Assembly (NCBI GenBank): GCA_963841735.1
Contig: CAWJDT010000001.1
Coordinates: 1,312,001 to 1,376,000, forward strand
Source of the DNA: an uncultured Actinomycetes bacterium
Lineage (GTDB): Bacteria; Actinomycetota; Thermoleophilia; RBG-16-64-13
Length of the DNA: 64,000 bases
Direction: 5' to 3'
Under the pieces are notes generated by a model. That model had not been told where the DNA came from. It saw only the letters and a list, made by a program, of their open reading frames with translations, and searched no databases. The translations under genes were made by a program, and so were the position numbers. Position 1 is the first letter of the stretch. Each line of letters begins with the position of its first letter. This document shows positions 1-9,725 of the stretch, in pieces.

Positions 1-1827
1 CAGTTCCTCTAATTGGGCGCGGTGCTCGCGGCAGGTGAGGGCTTCGTAGGCCCCCTGGATGGAGGTGTTGCCCAGGTAGGTGAAGCGCTCCCAGGGGAGG
101 TCGGGGAGCAGGCCAATGTCGATGGCCTTCTCGATATCGATGTGGCGGCCGAAGCCGCCGCCGATCAGCACCCGCTCAACGTCACTCATTTGCACGCCCA
201 CGCTGTCGCACAGCACCGTCGCGCCTGCGTAGATGGACGCTTTGGCGCGCATCAGGTTGTGGATGTCGGCCTCGGCAAGAACGACGTCGCCGACGCCTTC
301 GGCGGTCTCCGCGGCCCAGGCCACTACGTATTCCGGGCCGTTCTCACCCCGGCGCGCCCGTTGGCTCAAGCCCTCCACGGCGATGCGGCCGCTCTTGTCT
401 ATGACCCCGGTGACCCTCATCTCGCCCAGCAGCGAGATCATGCCCGATCCGCAGATGCCTATGGGCGGAGCCTCGCCCAGGGCGGTGTAGGTGGGTTCGA
501 GGGTGCTCGGGTCGATCCAGACTTCGTCGATGGCTCCCTTGACGGCGCGAACGCCGCAGGCCGCTCCTGCTCCCTCAAAGGCCGGTCCGGCCGAGCAGGC
601 ACAGCTTATGAGCCATTCGGAGTTGCCCAGCACCATCTCGCCGTTGGTGCCCACGTCGATGAACAGCGTGACGCGCTCATCGTCGTGCATGCCCGAGCGG
701 AGCACCCCTGCCGTGATATCGCCGCCCACGTAGGCCCCGACCCCCGGCATGCAGTCCACGTTGGCCTCGGGGTGCACGTGCAAACCTAAGCGAATGGCGG
801 GCACCGGCACGAAACGCCCGGCGGCCGGCACGTACGGCTCGAGTCTGATGTAGTCGGGCCTGAGGCCCAGAAAGAGGTGGGTCATGGTGGTGTTGGCCGC
901 GACCGTCACGAACGTTATGTCCTCGGGGGCCAGGTCTTGGCGCGGCAGGATCTCGTCGATGAGCGAGTTGATGGTGGCGACCACGAGTTCCTGCAGCTCG
1001 CGGCGACGTTCGGGGTCGCGAGCGTAGATGATGCGCGAGATTACGTCTTCGCCGCGGGCCATCTGGCGGTTGTAGGCCGACGCTTCGTCGATGATCTGTC
1101 CGGTTGAGAGATCGCCCAGGTAGGCTTCCACGGTGGTTGTGCCGATATCCACGGCCAGACCAAGCGCCGACTTTCTGGCATGCCCTGGCAGTACGTCCAG
1201 CAGCCGGTAGGTATCGGCGTCACAGGGCGACGGGTAGCGTTCCACTTCGGCGGTGACGGCCCAATCCTTCTCGCGAATGACGTGGGGCAGATCGTCCAAA
1301 GCTGTAAGGGTGGGCGTCACGGGAGGGAGCGCGAACTGACGGGTGAGTTCGCGCTGCAGACGCTCGAGATCGGGGATGTTGTCGTCGATGGTGGGTGACT
1401 TCATCTCCACGCGGTAGCGGGAGACCCAGGGCGGAGCCTGGTGGTCGCACAGGATGGCCACCGCCGCCGTCTTGTCGGGCTTGCGCTCGCGCTGAAGCAG
1501 TTCCACCCGCTCATGTTCGGGCGGTATCCAGATGGTGGCGTCGTTGTTCACCAAAGTCTGGCAGGCAAGCGCGTAGCCGTGGGCGAGGTCCTCCTCGCTC
1601 AGTCGCACTGTCGATCGCCTTCTTACCGAGCCTTCGCGTACTTCCACCGCGCAACGGCCGCAACGTCCCTGGCCGCCGCACGGCAACGACACCCGCAGTC
1701 CGGCCTGAGAGATGGCGTCTCCCAAGGTGGTCCCGGCCGGCACCCTGACGGTCTGCCCGGCAGGCTCCAGCCGTACGGCCACTTGGCCGTCGGCGTCGGC
1801 GGTGATGGTGTCGTCGCGCTCCGGCAT
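1..1827 (-). CDS. acsV: ASKHA-family corrinoid reactivation ATPase (AcsV/RACo) with N-terminal 2Fe-2S domain; runs off the window edge
   Basis: Manual translation from ATG at 1827 gives LPCGGQGRCGRC...LACQT (2Fe-2S) and AVDIGTTTV (ASKHA). It overlaps the acsC stop (TGATG) and is absent from the ORF track because it is truncated. Confidence 0.9.
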   Translation of the reverse strand, partial: MPERDDTITADADGQVAVRLEPAGQTVRVPAGTTLGDAISQAGLRVSLPCGGQGRCGRCAVEVREGSVRRRSTVRLSEEDLAHGYALACQTLVNNDATIWIPPEHERVELLQRERKPDKTAAVAILCDHQAPPWVSRYRVEMKSPTIDDNIPDLERLQRELTRQFALPPVTPTLTALDDLPHVIREKDWAVTAEVERYPSPCDADTYRLLDVLPGHARKSALGLAVDIGTTTVEAYLGDLSTGQIIDEASAYNRQMARGEDVISRIIYARDPERRRELQELVVATINSLIDEILPRQDLAPEDITFVTVAANTTMTHLFLGLRPDYIRLEPYVPAAGRFVPVPAIRLGLHVHPEANVDCMPGVGAYVGGDITAGVLRSGMHDDERVTLFIDVGTNGEMVLGNSEWLISCACSAGPAFEGAGAACGVRAVKGAIDEVWIDPSTLEPTYTALGEAPPIGICGSGMISLLGEMRVTGVIDKSGRIAVEGLSQRARRGENGPEYVVAWAAETAEGVGDVVLAEADIHNLMRAKASIYAGATVLCDSVGVQMSDVERVLIGGGFGRHIDIEKAIDIGLLPDLPWERFTYLGNTSIQGAYEALTCREHRAQLEEL

Positions 1828-3176
1828 CAGCCGTTAGCTACCTGCTTCAGAAACGAGGGGATACCGATGGATTCCCGGGGCCCTACCAGCACCTGCCAGC
1901 CCGGCAACTCTTCCTCGAGCTCACCGGAGAGGCCGGCCACCATGCCCGGGATGACGATGCGGCGGTGAGAGATCTTGCCTTCGACTTCGGTGGTCTTGAC
2001 CGCCTTGGCGATGGCGGCGGCATCGAATTTGCCGGCGGCCCAAGCGGTGAGCACCGACATGCCTTCGGAGTCGGCCACCAGCAGCCAAGCCGGCCGGCCG
2101 CTACCCTCGACCTCTCCGGCAACGGAGAAGTAGGTGAGCGAGAAGTTGGTGGTCACCAGCAGCGGCGACTCCAGACCTGGTTCGCCCATCTGATACAGGC
2201 CAGGGCTGACCTGGATAGGTTTCTGCGGGTCGGTGTAGATGTTCTGCCGCAGTGCCAGCAGCGAGTAGATGGCGGCGGGCTCGAAGTTGTCGAGCACGAT
2301 GAAGCCCGCGTATCGGCCGATGAACTGGGAGGCGAGCATAGCCTCTTCCTCGGGGCTTTCGGCTCCTTCGCCGGCGAAGGCGATCACGGGATAGCCAAGC
2401 GCCTTGAAGTTCTTCTTGATGGCGAGACGCCGCAGGCGCGTAAGCGCGCTGAGCGAGTCGGCCCAGCCCCGGGTGCCGGGGTCGAGCACCAGGTCTTCGA
2501 CGCCCAGCTTGGTGATCTGTTCGGTCAGTTCGGCCAGGGCTCCCAGGTCGCCGTCGGGCACGCGCACGGCAAGCGGCACCGAGTGAGTCTTGGCGAGAGC
2601 CGCCATCTTCTCCCAGTTGTCCGCATCCGCGCCGTAGGCCAGCGGGCGCGCAGGCCCGGCGGCCGCAAGGCCGGCTTCCATGGCGGCGGGGTCGGAGGTC
2701 ATCAGAACGAGGGCCAATCCCTTGTCGGCCGCCTTCTTGACCCGGGCCGCAAAGTCTTCGGCTGAGGCTCCGGCTTCGATGGCGACTCCCTCGGGCCGCA
2801 GGGTCTGGCCCACCCGTTCGATGTGGTAGTCGGCCACCTGCTGCAGGTTGGCCTCGAAGTCCGCGTCGGCCATGCCGGCAGGTATGCGCAGAAAGAGCCC
2901 GGGCTGGTGCACGAAGGTCTTCTCGTGACGGAAGACCACGGTCTCGTTGCCCACTTCAAACTTGCGGTCACCGGTTCCCAGCGAGATCAGCCGGACGGGC
3001 GGCGCGGAGGCGTTGTCCAGCTGGGCCTTGACTTCGTCGGACACGTAGGGGCAGGCCGCCAGCTCCGCCTGCCGGGCAGCCAGTTTCATGGCGAAGGCAA
3101 GGCAGGTGGGATGGCCGCACTCCTTGCAGTTCGTCTGGGGGAGCATCTTGTAAATAGCTATTCCGCTCAGTGCCAT
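1827..3176 (-). CDS. acsC: Corrinoid/Fe-S protein large subunit
   Basis: MALSGIAIYKMLPQTNCKECGHPTCLAFA 4Fe-4S motif; TTNFSLTYF and SVLTAWAAGKF motifs. Confidence 0.96.
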   Translation of the reverse strand: MALSGIAIYKMLPQTNCKECGHPTCLAFAMKLAARQAELAACPYVSDEVKAQLDNASAPPVRLISLGTGDRKFEVGNETVVFRHEKTFVHQPGLFLRIPAGMADADFEANLQQVADYHIERVGQTLRPEGVAIEAGASAEDFAARVKKAADKGLALVLMTSDPAAMEAGLAAAGPARPLAYGADADNWEKMAALAKTHSVPLAVRVPDGDLGALAELTEQITKLGVEDLVLDPGTRGWADSLSALTRLRRLAIKKNFKALGYPVIAFAGEGAESPEEEAMLASQFIGRYAGFIVLDNFEPAAIYSLLALRQNIYTDPQKPIQVSPGLYQMGEPGLESPLLVTTNFSLTYFSVAGEVEGSGRPAWLLVADSEGMSVLTAWAAGKFDAAAIAKAVKTTEVEGKISHRRIVIPGMVAGLSGELEEELPGWQVLVGPRESIGIPSFLKQVANG

Positions 3177-3187
3177 GTGATTCTCCT

Positions 3188-4156
3188 TTACGCGGCCATG
3201 AGCTTGTCGATGACCCGTCTCACAAGGGGGATGGTTTCGGGGTGGCGCACCACCAAGATGTCGGCGCCAGTGCCCAGAAGTGTCAGGCTGGTGTTCGATT
3301 CCCAAAGGAGGGCCCGCTGCTTCCAGTCGCCCCACTCGGCCGGCACGTCCTCGTTTGTGCGGGCTTCCTTGGCGCGCCAGGCTTCGTAGCCCACGGTAAG
3401 CACCAGCGGCTGCTGCAGACTGGCGTCACCGCCCAGCGCGGCCAGGCGGATGCGTTCCATCACCGAGTAGCTGTACTCCAAACCGTAGCCGAGAGCTCCG
3501 GTAGTGGGGTCGATGAGCATGCGATCGCGGCTTAGGCCCATGTCGCCTATGAGCACGTTGAGCTGTTTGGCCAGGTTGACGTCTATGGGGCTCTTGGCGA
3601 CTATGAGGTGATCGTTGGCCATGGCGGCCGCGACGATGGTGCGGTAATTCTTGTCTTCGCAGTTGCCCAGGGCGATCCGTTCGCCGGCTGCCTCCTCGGC
3701 CGCCGCGACCAGCACCTCGTTGTCCTTTTCTCTCTGGCCGGGACCGTAGACGATGAGGGGCAGAGTGGTGGCCTCGAGTACGCGCCGCACCGTCTGTTTG
3801 GCCTCCTTGGCCCCGGTGTCGCCCCTCTCTGGATGAGCGCTGTCAAGCGACAGGGCTATGAGGTCGGCACCCGCCTTCTCGGCCGCCGCGGCCCAGACGG
3901 CCGGGTCTTTCACGGCGTCTCCCCAGGCGTCAAGCAGCAGGCGCGACCACTCGTCGGGGCTGCGGTCGCTCACCTCCACCGCGATGACCGGCCGGTGAGG
4001 CATGGATCCTTCGAAGTGCAGAAACGGCAGACCGGTCTGGCCACCTACCGTGACGGTACTACCTCGGGTGCCGCCGTTGGCCGGGCCGGCCCCAAGGGTC
4101 ACTTCAGTGATCTTGCCGCTCCAACTCTCTTTGACTTCGGGCACTGCTACAGACAT
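3188..4156 (-). CDS. acsD: Corrinoid/Fe-S protein small subunit
   Basis: DPTTGALGYGLEYSYSVMERIRLAAL, IDVNLAKQLN and RHP motifs; lies between acsB and acsC. Confidence 0.96.
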   Translation of the reverse strand: MSVAVPEVKESWSGKITEVTLGAGPANGGTRGSTVTVGGQTGLPFLHFEGSMPHRPVIAVEVSDRSPDEWSRLLLDAWGDAVKDPAVWAAAAEKAGADLIALSLDSAHPERGDTGAKEAKQTVRRVLEATTLPLIVYGPGQREKDNEVLVAAAEEAAGERIALGNCEDKNYRTIVAAAMANDHLIVAKSPIDVNLAKQLNVLIGDMGLSRDRMLIDPTTGALGYGLEYSYSVMERIRLAALGGDASLQQPLVLTVGYEAWRAKEARTNEDVPAEWGDWKQRALLWESNTSLTLLGTGADILVVRHPETIPLVRRVIDKLMAA

Positions 4157-4240
4157 CCGGAATCTCCTCTCCTCGTCGAGCAGATCTCAATCGCATCCTG
4201 CCGGCGTGACTTCATTTGAACTGAGATCTTCTCGCCGCCA

Positions 4241-6514
4241 TTAAAAAATCGGGTCCATGGTGAGCGCGGGGTGCTCGTGCTCTTCCAAGAAGGGCAGAAG
4301 CTCCTCCACCGTGGTCACCGAGCGCTCATCGGCGATCTTGTCCAACAGGCCGGGGTCGCCCTCGCGTTCGCAAACGGCCTTGAAGTCGTCGGCCATCATG
4401 GCCTTGAGGTTGCTCGACATCCAGACCACGCGTTTGAAGCCGCCCTCGGCCGAGATGAACTTGCGGCTGAGCAGGTAGTACTTGCCTACGCCCATCATGC
4501 CCGGAGTCTGCAGACCGCCGCCGGCGACACCCGCGAGCGTGGAGAAGGTCATGCCGGCCGGTGTCATACTCGGATCTTCGCGCGAGACCACCATGACCCC
4601 GTTGGCCTCGGGGACCACCATCACGATGCATTCAAAGCAGCCACAAGCAGTCATGGGGTCCTGCATGATGGAGTACAGCGCCAGGCGTTCCACCGACTGC
4701 TGCGTGTTCTGGTAGGCGAACTCGTTCGCTCCTTGGTACACGCCCAGCGTGGAATCGATGCAGATGCCCTTGGGGATGGGCTGGTTGGGACCTGTGGGGT
4801 TGATCTGGTTGGACGCCTTGCAGTCGAGCCAGTTGTAGGCACCGCACAGTCCCAAGCGCTCGGGCGAGATGACGCACACGTGGTTGGGCGCGAAGCTCTG
4901 GCACAGCGTGCAACTGTAGAACTCGTCCACCGAAGCGTCCACCATGTCGGCCAGCCGCAGGTTGCGGTTCTGGTAGGCCTGACGCGCCTTGGCCAGCCAC
5001 TCCTCGAACTTCTCTGGGTCGGTGAACAGCGTCACCTGGACCTTATCCACGATGGCGCCAAACTCGGCATGGAATCTGGCGTAGAGGATGTCACCCAGGT
5101 TCTTGAGCGCGAAGCCCTTCTCTATAGCTCCCTTGCTGAAGCGGATCCAGGTGATGTCGCGCTGGCCTATGTGCTGGATGCCCGACGCGCCGTTGACGAA
5201 GTAGTGCATCTGGCGCTCTAGCACCGGCTCGAAGTCTTCCTGCATCTTGCGTCCGGCCACCTCGACCAGGATGCCGAGGTTCGTGGCGGCGCCCTCAGGC
5301 ACGTCGTCGATGCCAGGCCCCACCACTTCTATGCGGCCGTCCTCGATCTCGTCCAGGCCGGCCATGCGCAGGTATTCGAAAGCCTTGGCTTTTGAGCCGC
5401 CGAACTCCAGGCGCATGTCGGCCTTGCGCACGCGTTCACCCTCGAACGCGCTGCCGTAGGCCACTGGGATGGGAACCTCGGTGATCTTGATCTTGACGCC
5501 CCGTACTTCGATGGCGCGCTGCACCAGCTTGCGGGCCTTCTCGGTGTCGTTGTCGGCCTCGATGTCGTCGAAGGGCATGCTGACCACATGCTCGTAGGCA
5601 GTCACCCCAGTAGGTAGGATCTGGGGGATGACGGTGTCGGCGATGACGGGGAAGCCGTAGTTGATGGCTCCGGCTGCCGCGGCGTACTTGAGGTCGTCCA
5701 CTTCACCCAGCGCGAGGACGAAGGCGAACACCCGGTACTTGTTGTAGAGCAGGATGTTGCGGATCTGGCCTCCGGACATGCCGCCGAAGGTCAGGGCTGA
5801 CCGAGTGGCAAAGCCCAGCGCGTATATAGCCGAGATGGTGTCGGTGCCGAAGGGCACGATGTAGGTGTCATAGCCCATCTCGACGCCCTCTTCCATCAAC
5901 TGATGGATGATGCTGCGTCCGTTCACGTTGCCCGAGAGGAACACCAGGATGTTGCGCTTCTGCAGCTCGCGCACGATAGACACGGCCGCTTCGTTGCTGC
6001 GGGCCGCGCCTACGATGGCGGCGAATCCGGGCATGCGCCCGTCGACCAACTGGATGCCCCAAGCGCGCAACTGGATGTCGTCGATAGGTCCGTTGGCGTA
6101 ACCACCCGGGCCGCCGTCGTTCCCTTGGGGGGCGCTGGTGCCGGTGAGGCTCAACCCAGGGATGGCCTCGGGTTGTTCGCCGCGGACGAAGCGCACGGCC
6201 TCGATGGCCTCCGCGGCAAGCAGAGTGGCGGCGCCGCTGTCCAGTGTCTCACCCAGATAGGGGAGCCACAGACTGTCGCCCGGGGCTTCGGCGAGCAGCC
6301 GGCGCGCCTGGGCGAGGGCCTGCTGCAGCTGCCCCAGGTTGTCTACTTCCATGCCGGTGAATCCCAGGATCACAGGTAGGTGGTAGGCGGTGTTGGTGAA
6401 CGCGACCGGTTTATCGGCGCCGAATTCGGCGATGGCCGCCTGCAGCATCTGCTCGGACTCGTTCACGATGCTGTTGGCGCCGCGCATGGCGGCTCTTGCT
6501 ATGTATCTCGACAT
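4241..6514 (-). CDS. acsB: Acetyl-CoA synthase, bacterial type
   Basis: A-cluster ligands CTLCQSFAPNHVC, GLCGAYNWLDC and PMTACGCFEC; 757 aa. Confidence 0.97.
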   Translation of the reverse strand: MSRYIARAAMRGANSIVNESEQMLQAAIAEFGADKPVAFTNTAYHLPVILGFTGMEVDNLGQLQQALAQARRLLAEAPGDSLWLPYLGETLDSGAATLLAAEAIEAVRFVRGEQPEAIPGLSLTGTSAPQGNDGGPGGYANGPIDDIQLRAWGIQLVDGRMPGFAAIVGAARSNEAAVSIVRELQKRNILVFLSGNVNGRSIIHQLMEEGVEMGYDTYIVPFGTDTISAIYALGFATRSALTFGGMSGGQIRNILLYNKYRVFAFVLALGEVDDLKYAAAAGAINYGFPVIADTVIPQILPTGVTAYEHVVSMPFDDIEADNDTEKARKLVQRAIEVRGVKIKITEVPIPVAYGSAFEGERVRKADMRLEFGGSKAKAFEYLRMAGLDEIEDGRIEVVGPGIDDVPEGAATNLGILVEVAGRKMQEDFEPVLERQMHYFVNGASGIQHIGQRDITWIRFSKGAIEKGFALKNLGDILYARFHAEFGAIVDKVQVTLFTDPEKFEEWLAKARQAYQNRNLRLADMVDASVDEFYSCTLCQSFAPNHVCVISPERLGLCGAYNWLDCKASNQINPTGPNQPIPKGICIDSTLGVYQGANEFAYQNTQQSVERLALYSIMQDPMTACGCFECIVMVVPEANGVMVVSREDPSMTPAGMTFSTLAGVAGGGLQTPGMMGVGKYYLLSRKFISAEGGFKRVVWMSSNLKAMMADDFKAVCEREGDPGLLDKIADERSVTTVEELLPFLEEHEHPALTMDPIF

Positions 6515-6518
6515 TCGC

Positions 6519-8507
6519 CTATACCTCCGACGCTACCGGCCGCTTGCCTGCCGAATAGATACTCACCGACTCGTCCGCGGGCACCTCGGGCTCAAGCTCT
6601 ACCATCTGACTGTCGCCGCTCTGGCCGAAACGCGCCGGGTCGTACTCGGTCAGACCGAGTTCGGCGCGCTTGGCGTCGATGTGCGCGATAGCCTTCTTGA
6701 TGAGTGCCGGGATGTCGGGCTCGAACTCGATTCCGCCTCCGAAGCGCGCCGTCCAGCCGTTCAGCATGAGGTCTTTGACCTCCGGGCTTCCGCCAACGGG
6801 GGAGGGCAGGCCGAAGAGCACGTAGGCGCCGGAAGCCGCGCAGTACGAACCGATGGCAAGTGCCTTCTCCGACATGTACTCCGGGCATATGCCCACCGCG
6901 GGCAGATCGGAGATGTCTTCTCCCAGACCGCCCTCAGTGGCGCACTCGGTAAGTATGGTGAGGATACGGGAGTTGTCCACGCAGGAACCGACGTGCAGCA
7001 CAGGCGGGATGCCGATGGCCTCGCACACCTCGCGCAGTCCGGCACCGGCTTGCTCCATGAACTCCGGCTTAAGATATCCGTACTTCGCCGCCCCCGTGGC
7101 CGCACAACCAGTGACTGCAACCAGCACGTCGTTCTTGATCAAGTCGGCGATGATCTCGGTAGTGGGGGCGTCCTGGGTCACCCGCGGGTTGTTGCAGCCC
7201 ACAACCGCGGCCAGACCCCGGATGCGGCCGGCTGCGATGGCGTCGTTCAAAGGACGGAACGAGCCGCGGAAGTGCCCGCCCTGCATGTAGCGCACGTATT
7301 CATGCGAGAAGCCGGCTATGAGCGCCTCGTCGGTCTGGGGGATGACCGTCTTCTTGCGATTGGGATAGTTGTCTATCGCGGCGCGCACGATGCCCTTCGC
7401 ACTTTGGTAGGCGTCGTGCTCGTCGAATTCCATGTGCACCGCTCCCTCGATCTTGGCCTTGGGGGAGGTGGTGATGAGTTTGGTGTGGTAATGGGTGGCC
7501 ACTTCGGCCAGAGCCTGCATGACGCACTGCACGTCGACGATCATAGCCTCGATGGCCCCGGTCGCGATGGCCAGCTCCTGCGAGAGGAAGTTGCCGGCGG
7601 GGGGGATGCCGTGTCGCATGAGCACCTCGTTGGCGGTGCAGCAGATGCCGGCCAGGTTGATGCCCTTTGCGCCCTTGCTCTTAGCGTACTCGATCAGTTC
7701 CGGGTCGGTGGAGGCCGCGACGATCATCTCCGCTACGATGGGCTCGTGGCCGTGGATAACGACGTTGACCTCGTCGTCCTTGAGCACTCCCAGGTTCACC
7801 CTGCTCTGTAGCGGAGTGGGGGTGCCGAACAGGATGTCGCTGATGTCGGTGGCCAGCATGGACCCGCCCCAGCCGTCCGCAAGGGACGTGCAGAGCACCT
7901 GGTCCAGAAGATGCTCTGCGTCCTGATCGACGCCCATGTGGGTACGATGCATCATCTCCACCACCTCGCGGTCGATGCCGCGGGGAGCGACCTTCTCTTT
8001 GTGCCAGCGCTCTTGCTGCGCCGCGCTCGCCCGCGAGAGATACATCAGCTCGCCGGTCTGCCTGCCGAACTCACCAAGGGCTGCCTCGGCGACATCAAGG
8101 GCGATGTCCAGCACCGGCCGGTCGCCGGTCTTGATGCCCATGTGGTCGGCTACGGCGCGGAGTTTCACCTCGTCGCGGATGCCGAAGCCATGCGTCTCGC
8201 CCTTGGCTACTGCCAGCAGGGCGAGCGCCATCCCGCGACCGTGGTCTGAGTGCGCGGAGGCGCCGGCGGCTACCGCCCGGGCGAAGTTGCGGGCCGAGAC
8301 AGTGGCTTGGGTGGCGCCGCATACTCCGCGCGTGGTCGTGCCTATGAGGCGGCAAGGACCCATTGCGCAGTTCTTGCAGCAGATGCCCTCAGCCCCTATG
8401 GGGCACGGTAGTATGTCGGCGGCCCGGTCGAAAGCGGTCTCAATCACACCTTCACATGAGCCGAGTACCTCACACGCCGCTGCGTCTGCACTTTTGCGTT
8501 CAGGCAT
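6519..8507 (-). CDS. cooS: Anaerobic Ni-CO dehydrogenase catalytic subunit
   Basis: CPIG..GICCKNCAMGPC, AHSDH, HGHEP, GICCTANE, GCNN and GSCVDN motifs. Confidence 0.97.
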   Translation of the reverse strand: MPERKSADAAACEVLGSCEGVIETAFDRAADILPCPIGAEGICCKNCAMGPCRLIGTTTRGVCGATQATVSARNFARAVAAGASAHSDHGRGMALALLAVAKGETHGFGIRDEVKLRAVADHMGIKTGDRPVLDIALDVAEAALGEFGRQTGELMYLSRASAAQQERWHKEKVAPRGIDREVVEMMHRTHMGVDQDAEHLLDQVLCTSLADGWGGSMLATDISDILFGTPTPLQSRVNLGVLKDDEVNVVIHGHEPIVAEMIVAASTDPELIEYAKSKGAKGINLAGICCTANEVLMRHGIPPAGNFLSQELAIATGAIEAMIVDVQCVMQALAEVATHYHTKLITTSPKAKIEGAVHMEFDEHDAYQSAKGIVRAAIDNYPNRKKTVIPQTDEALIAGFSHEYVRYMQGGHFRGSFRPLNDAIAAGRIRGLAAVVGCNNPRVTQDAPTTEIIADLIKNDVLVAVTGCAATGAAKYGYLKPEFMEQAGAGLREVCEAIGIPPVLHVGSCVDNSRILTILTECATEGGLGEDISDLPAVGICPEYMSEKALAIGSYCAASGAYVLFGLPSPVGGSPEVKDLMLNGWTARFGGGIEFEPDIPALIKKAIAHIDAKRAELGLTEYDPARFGQSGDSQMVELEPEVPADESVSIYSAGKRPVASEV

Positions 8508-8551
8508 CTTCTTCTCCTCTTCGAATCTGCTGTGCTGAGGGACGGCCGGGC

Positions 8552-8884
8552 CTAGTAGCGCCGGAAGTCCCCGGCCATCTCGCGGTCTTTGAGCTCAGTG
8601 GTTGTGTTTCTTCCGAGCACCGTGAACCAAGGCGAACCGTCCTCGTGCCTTCTTGGGAAAAGAGGAGCGGGGATTGTTTCGTCTGGTGTGTAGCCAGCCT
8701 TTTCCAGCGCGGCGCGGATGGAATCGACGGAGGCTACTGTCTCGTCGAACCTCACCGCGACTCGGCGCCGCGCCGCGCTCGCCGTCACCTGCTCGACGCC
8801 TTTGACCTCGAGTAGTGCTTGGCGGACGCGAAGCACATGATGGTCGCCATACATGGCCGGCAATTCTACGACTAGTGCGTTCAT
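8552..8884 (-). CDS. HMA/CopZ-fold protein with a His-substituted metal loop
   Basis: LPAMYGDHHVLRVRQALLEVKGVEQV...SIRAALEKAGY matches the HMA fold, with GDHH in place of CxxC. Confidence 0.8.
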   Translation of the reverse strand: MNALVVELPAMYGDHHVLRVRQALLEVKGVEQVTASAARRRVAVRFDETVASVDSIRAALEKAGYTPDETIPAPLFPRRHEDGSPWFTVLGRNTTTELKDREMAGDFRRY

Positions 8885-9318
8885 ACGCTTACATCTTCCT
8901 TCCCCCGGCGGGCCCGCTCGGCCAGCTCGGCTATGGTCGTCTGTTCAAAGTGGTCACGCACAATGTCCGCGGCTTCCACCCAGATGTGACGGGTGGGGCA
9001 GCCCGCGATGCGGTTGCAGTTTTGGCCCTCCTGACAAGGCGCTAGGCGGATGTCACCCTCCATCACCCGAAGCGCCTCCCCAACCGTGATGCTCTGAGGG
9101 GGCCGAGCTAGTTTAAAGCCTCCTTGCCTTCCGCGGAAGCCGACTACGAGACCGGCTGACTGAAGGTTACCCATAAGTTGCTGAACGTACGCGGGCGTCA
9201 GACCTTCGCAGTCTGCTATTTCCTGCTTGGTGAAGCACTTCGTCTCGGGGCCGGCCGCGAGCAGCACGAGTATTCTTGTGGCGAATCGACCTCGGCTCGA
9301 GAGACTGAACATGTCCAT
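8881..9318 (-). CDS. Rrf2-family transcriptional regulator (three-Cys, IscR-like)
   Basis: YVQQLMGNLQSAGLV..RGRQGGFKLARPPQSIT; CQEGQNCNRIAGC. Start is 9318 or 9312. Confidence 0.92.
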   Translation of the reverse strand: MDMFSLSSRGRFATRILVLLAAGPETKCFTKQEIADCEGLTPAYVQQLMGNLQSAGLVVGFRGRQGGFKLARPPQSITVGEALRVMEGDIRLAPCQEGQNCNRIAGCPTRHIWVEAADIVRDHFEQTTIAELAERARRGKEDVSV

Positions 9319-9331
9319 AGCCCCCAATAGT

Positions 9332-9368
9332 AAGTGACCTGATAATCTTATAGCGGTATAGGCCACTT
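9332..9368. promoter_or_regulatory. AT-rich imperfect inverted repeat, candidate Rrf2 operator
   Basis: AAGTGACCT-N19-AGGCCACTT just upstream of rrf2; the interior loosely resembles IscR-type boxes. Confidence 0.4.
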
Positions 9369-9491
9369 TTCAACTGGTGATATTGTATTGTGGTTCCCGG
9401 GGCGGGGTCGGCTGCCGAGCAGGCGCGGCTGCGTGCTTCCCGGCCCCTGATGGACTGTCTCATTATGCGGGATGTTAGGAGGCAAGCGTCT

Positions 9492-9725
9492 ATGTCCGAC
9501 GTACGCTGCCCAGGTCAAGATGGTAGAGACCTGAAAGTGAGCACCTGCTTCTGTCCCAATTGCGGGGTCGAGGTGGAGCTATTCTCCGATGAGCAACGAG
9601 TGAAGTGCCCCCAGTGCGGGGTATATGTCGATCAAGCTGAGGTGCCTTCGTGCGCTCAGTGGTGTGCCAAGGCCCGCGAGTGTCTAGGTGAGGAGCGATG
9701 GAGCCAGGTCAAAAAGTCGCAGTAG
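9492..9725 (+). CDS. Small Cys-rich zinc-ribbon-like protein
   Basis: AGGAGG RBS; RCPGQD...CPNC...CPQC...SCAQWC...C (nine Cys in 77 aa); overlaps cooC. Confidence 0.8.
   Translation: MSDVRCPGQDGRDLKVSTCFCPNCGVEVELFSDEQRVKCPQCGVYVDQAEVPSCAQWCAKARECLGEERWSQVKKSQ

Noticed and set aside
1827-3176. hgcA (mercury methylation), given the corrinoid protein and the nearby ars/ferredoxin genes
   Set aside because: This is a full AcsC inside the acs operon. It lacks the N(V/I)WCAAGK motif and the TM domain, and the ferredoxin at 31700 lacks the terminal CC of HgcB.
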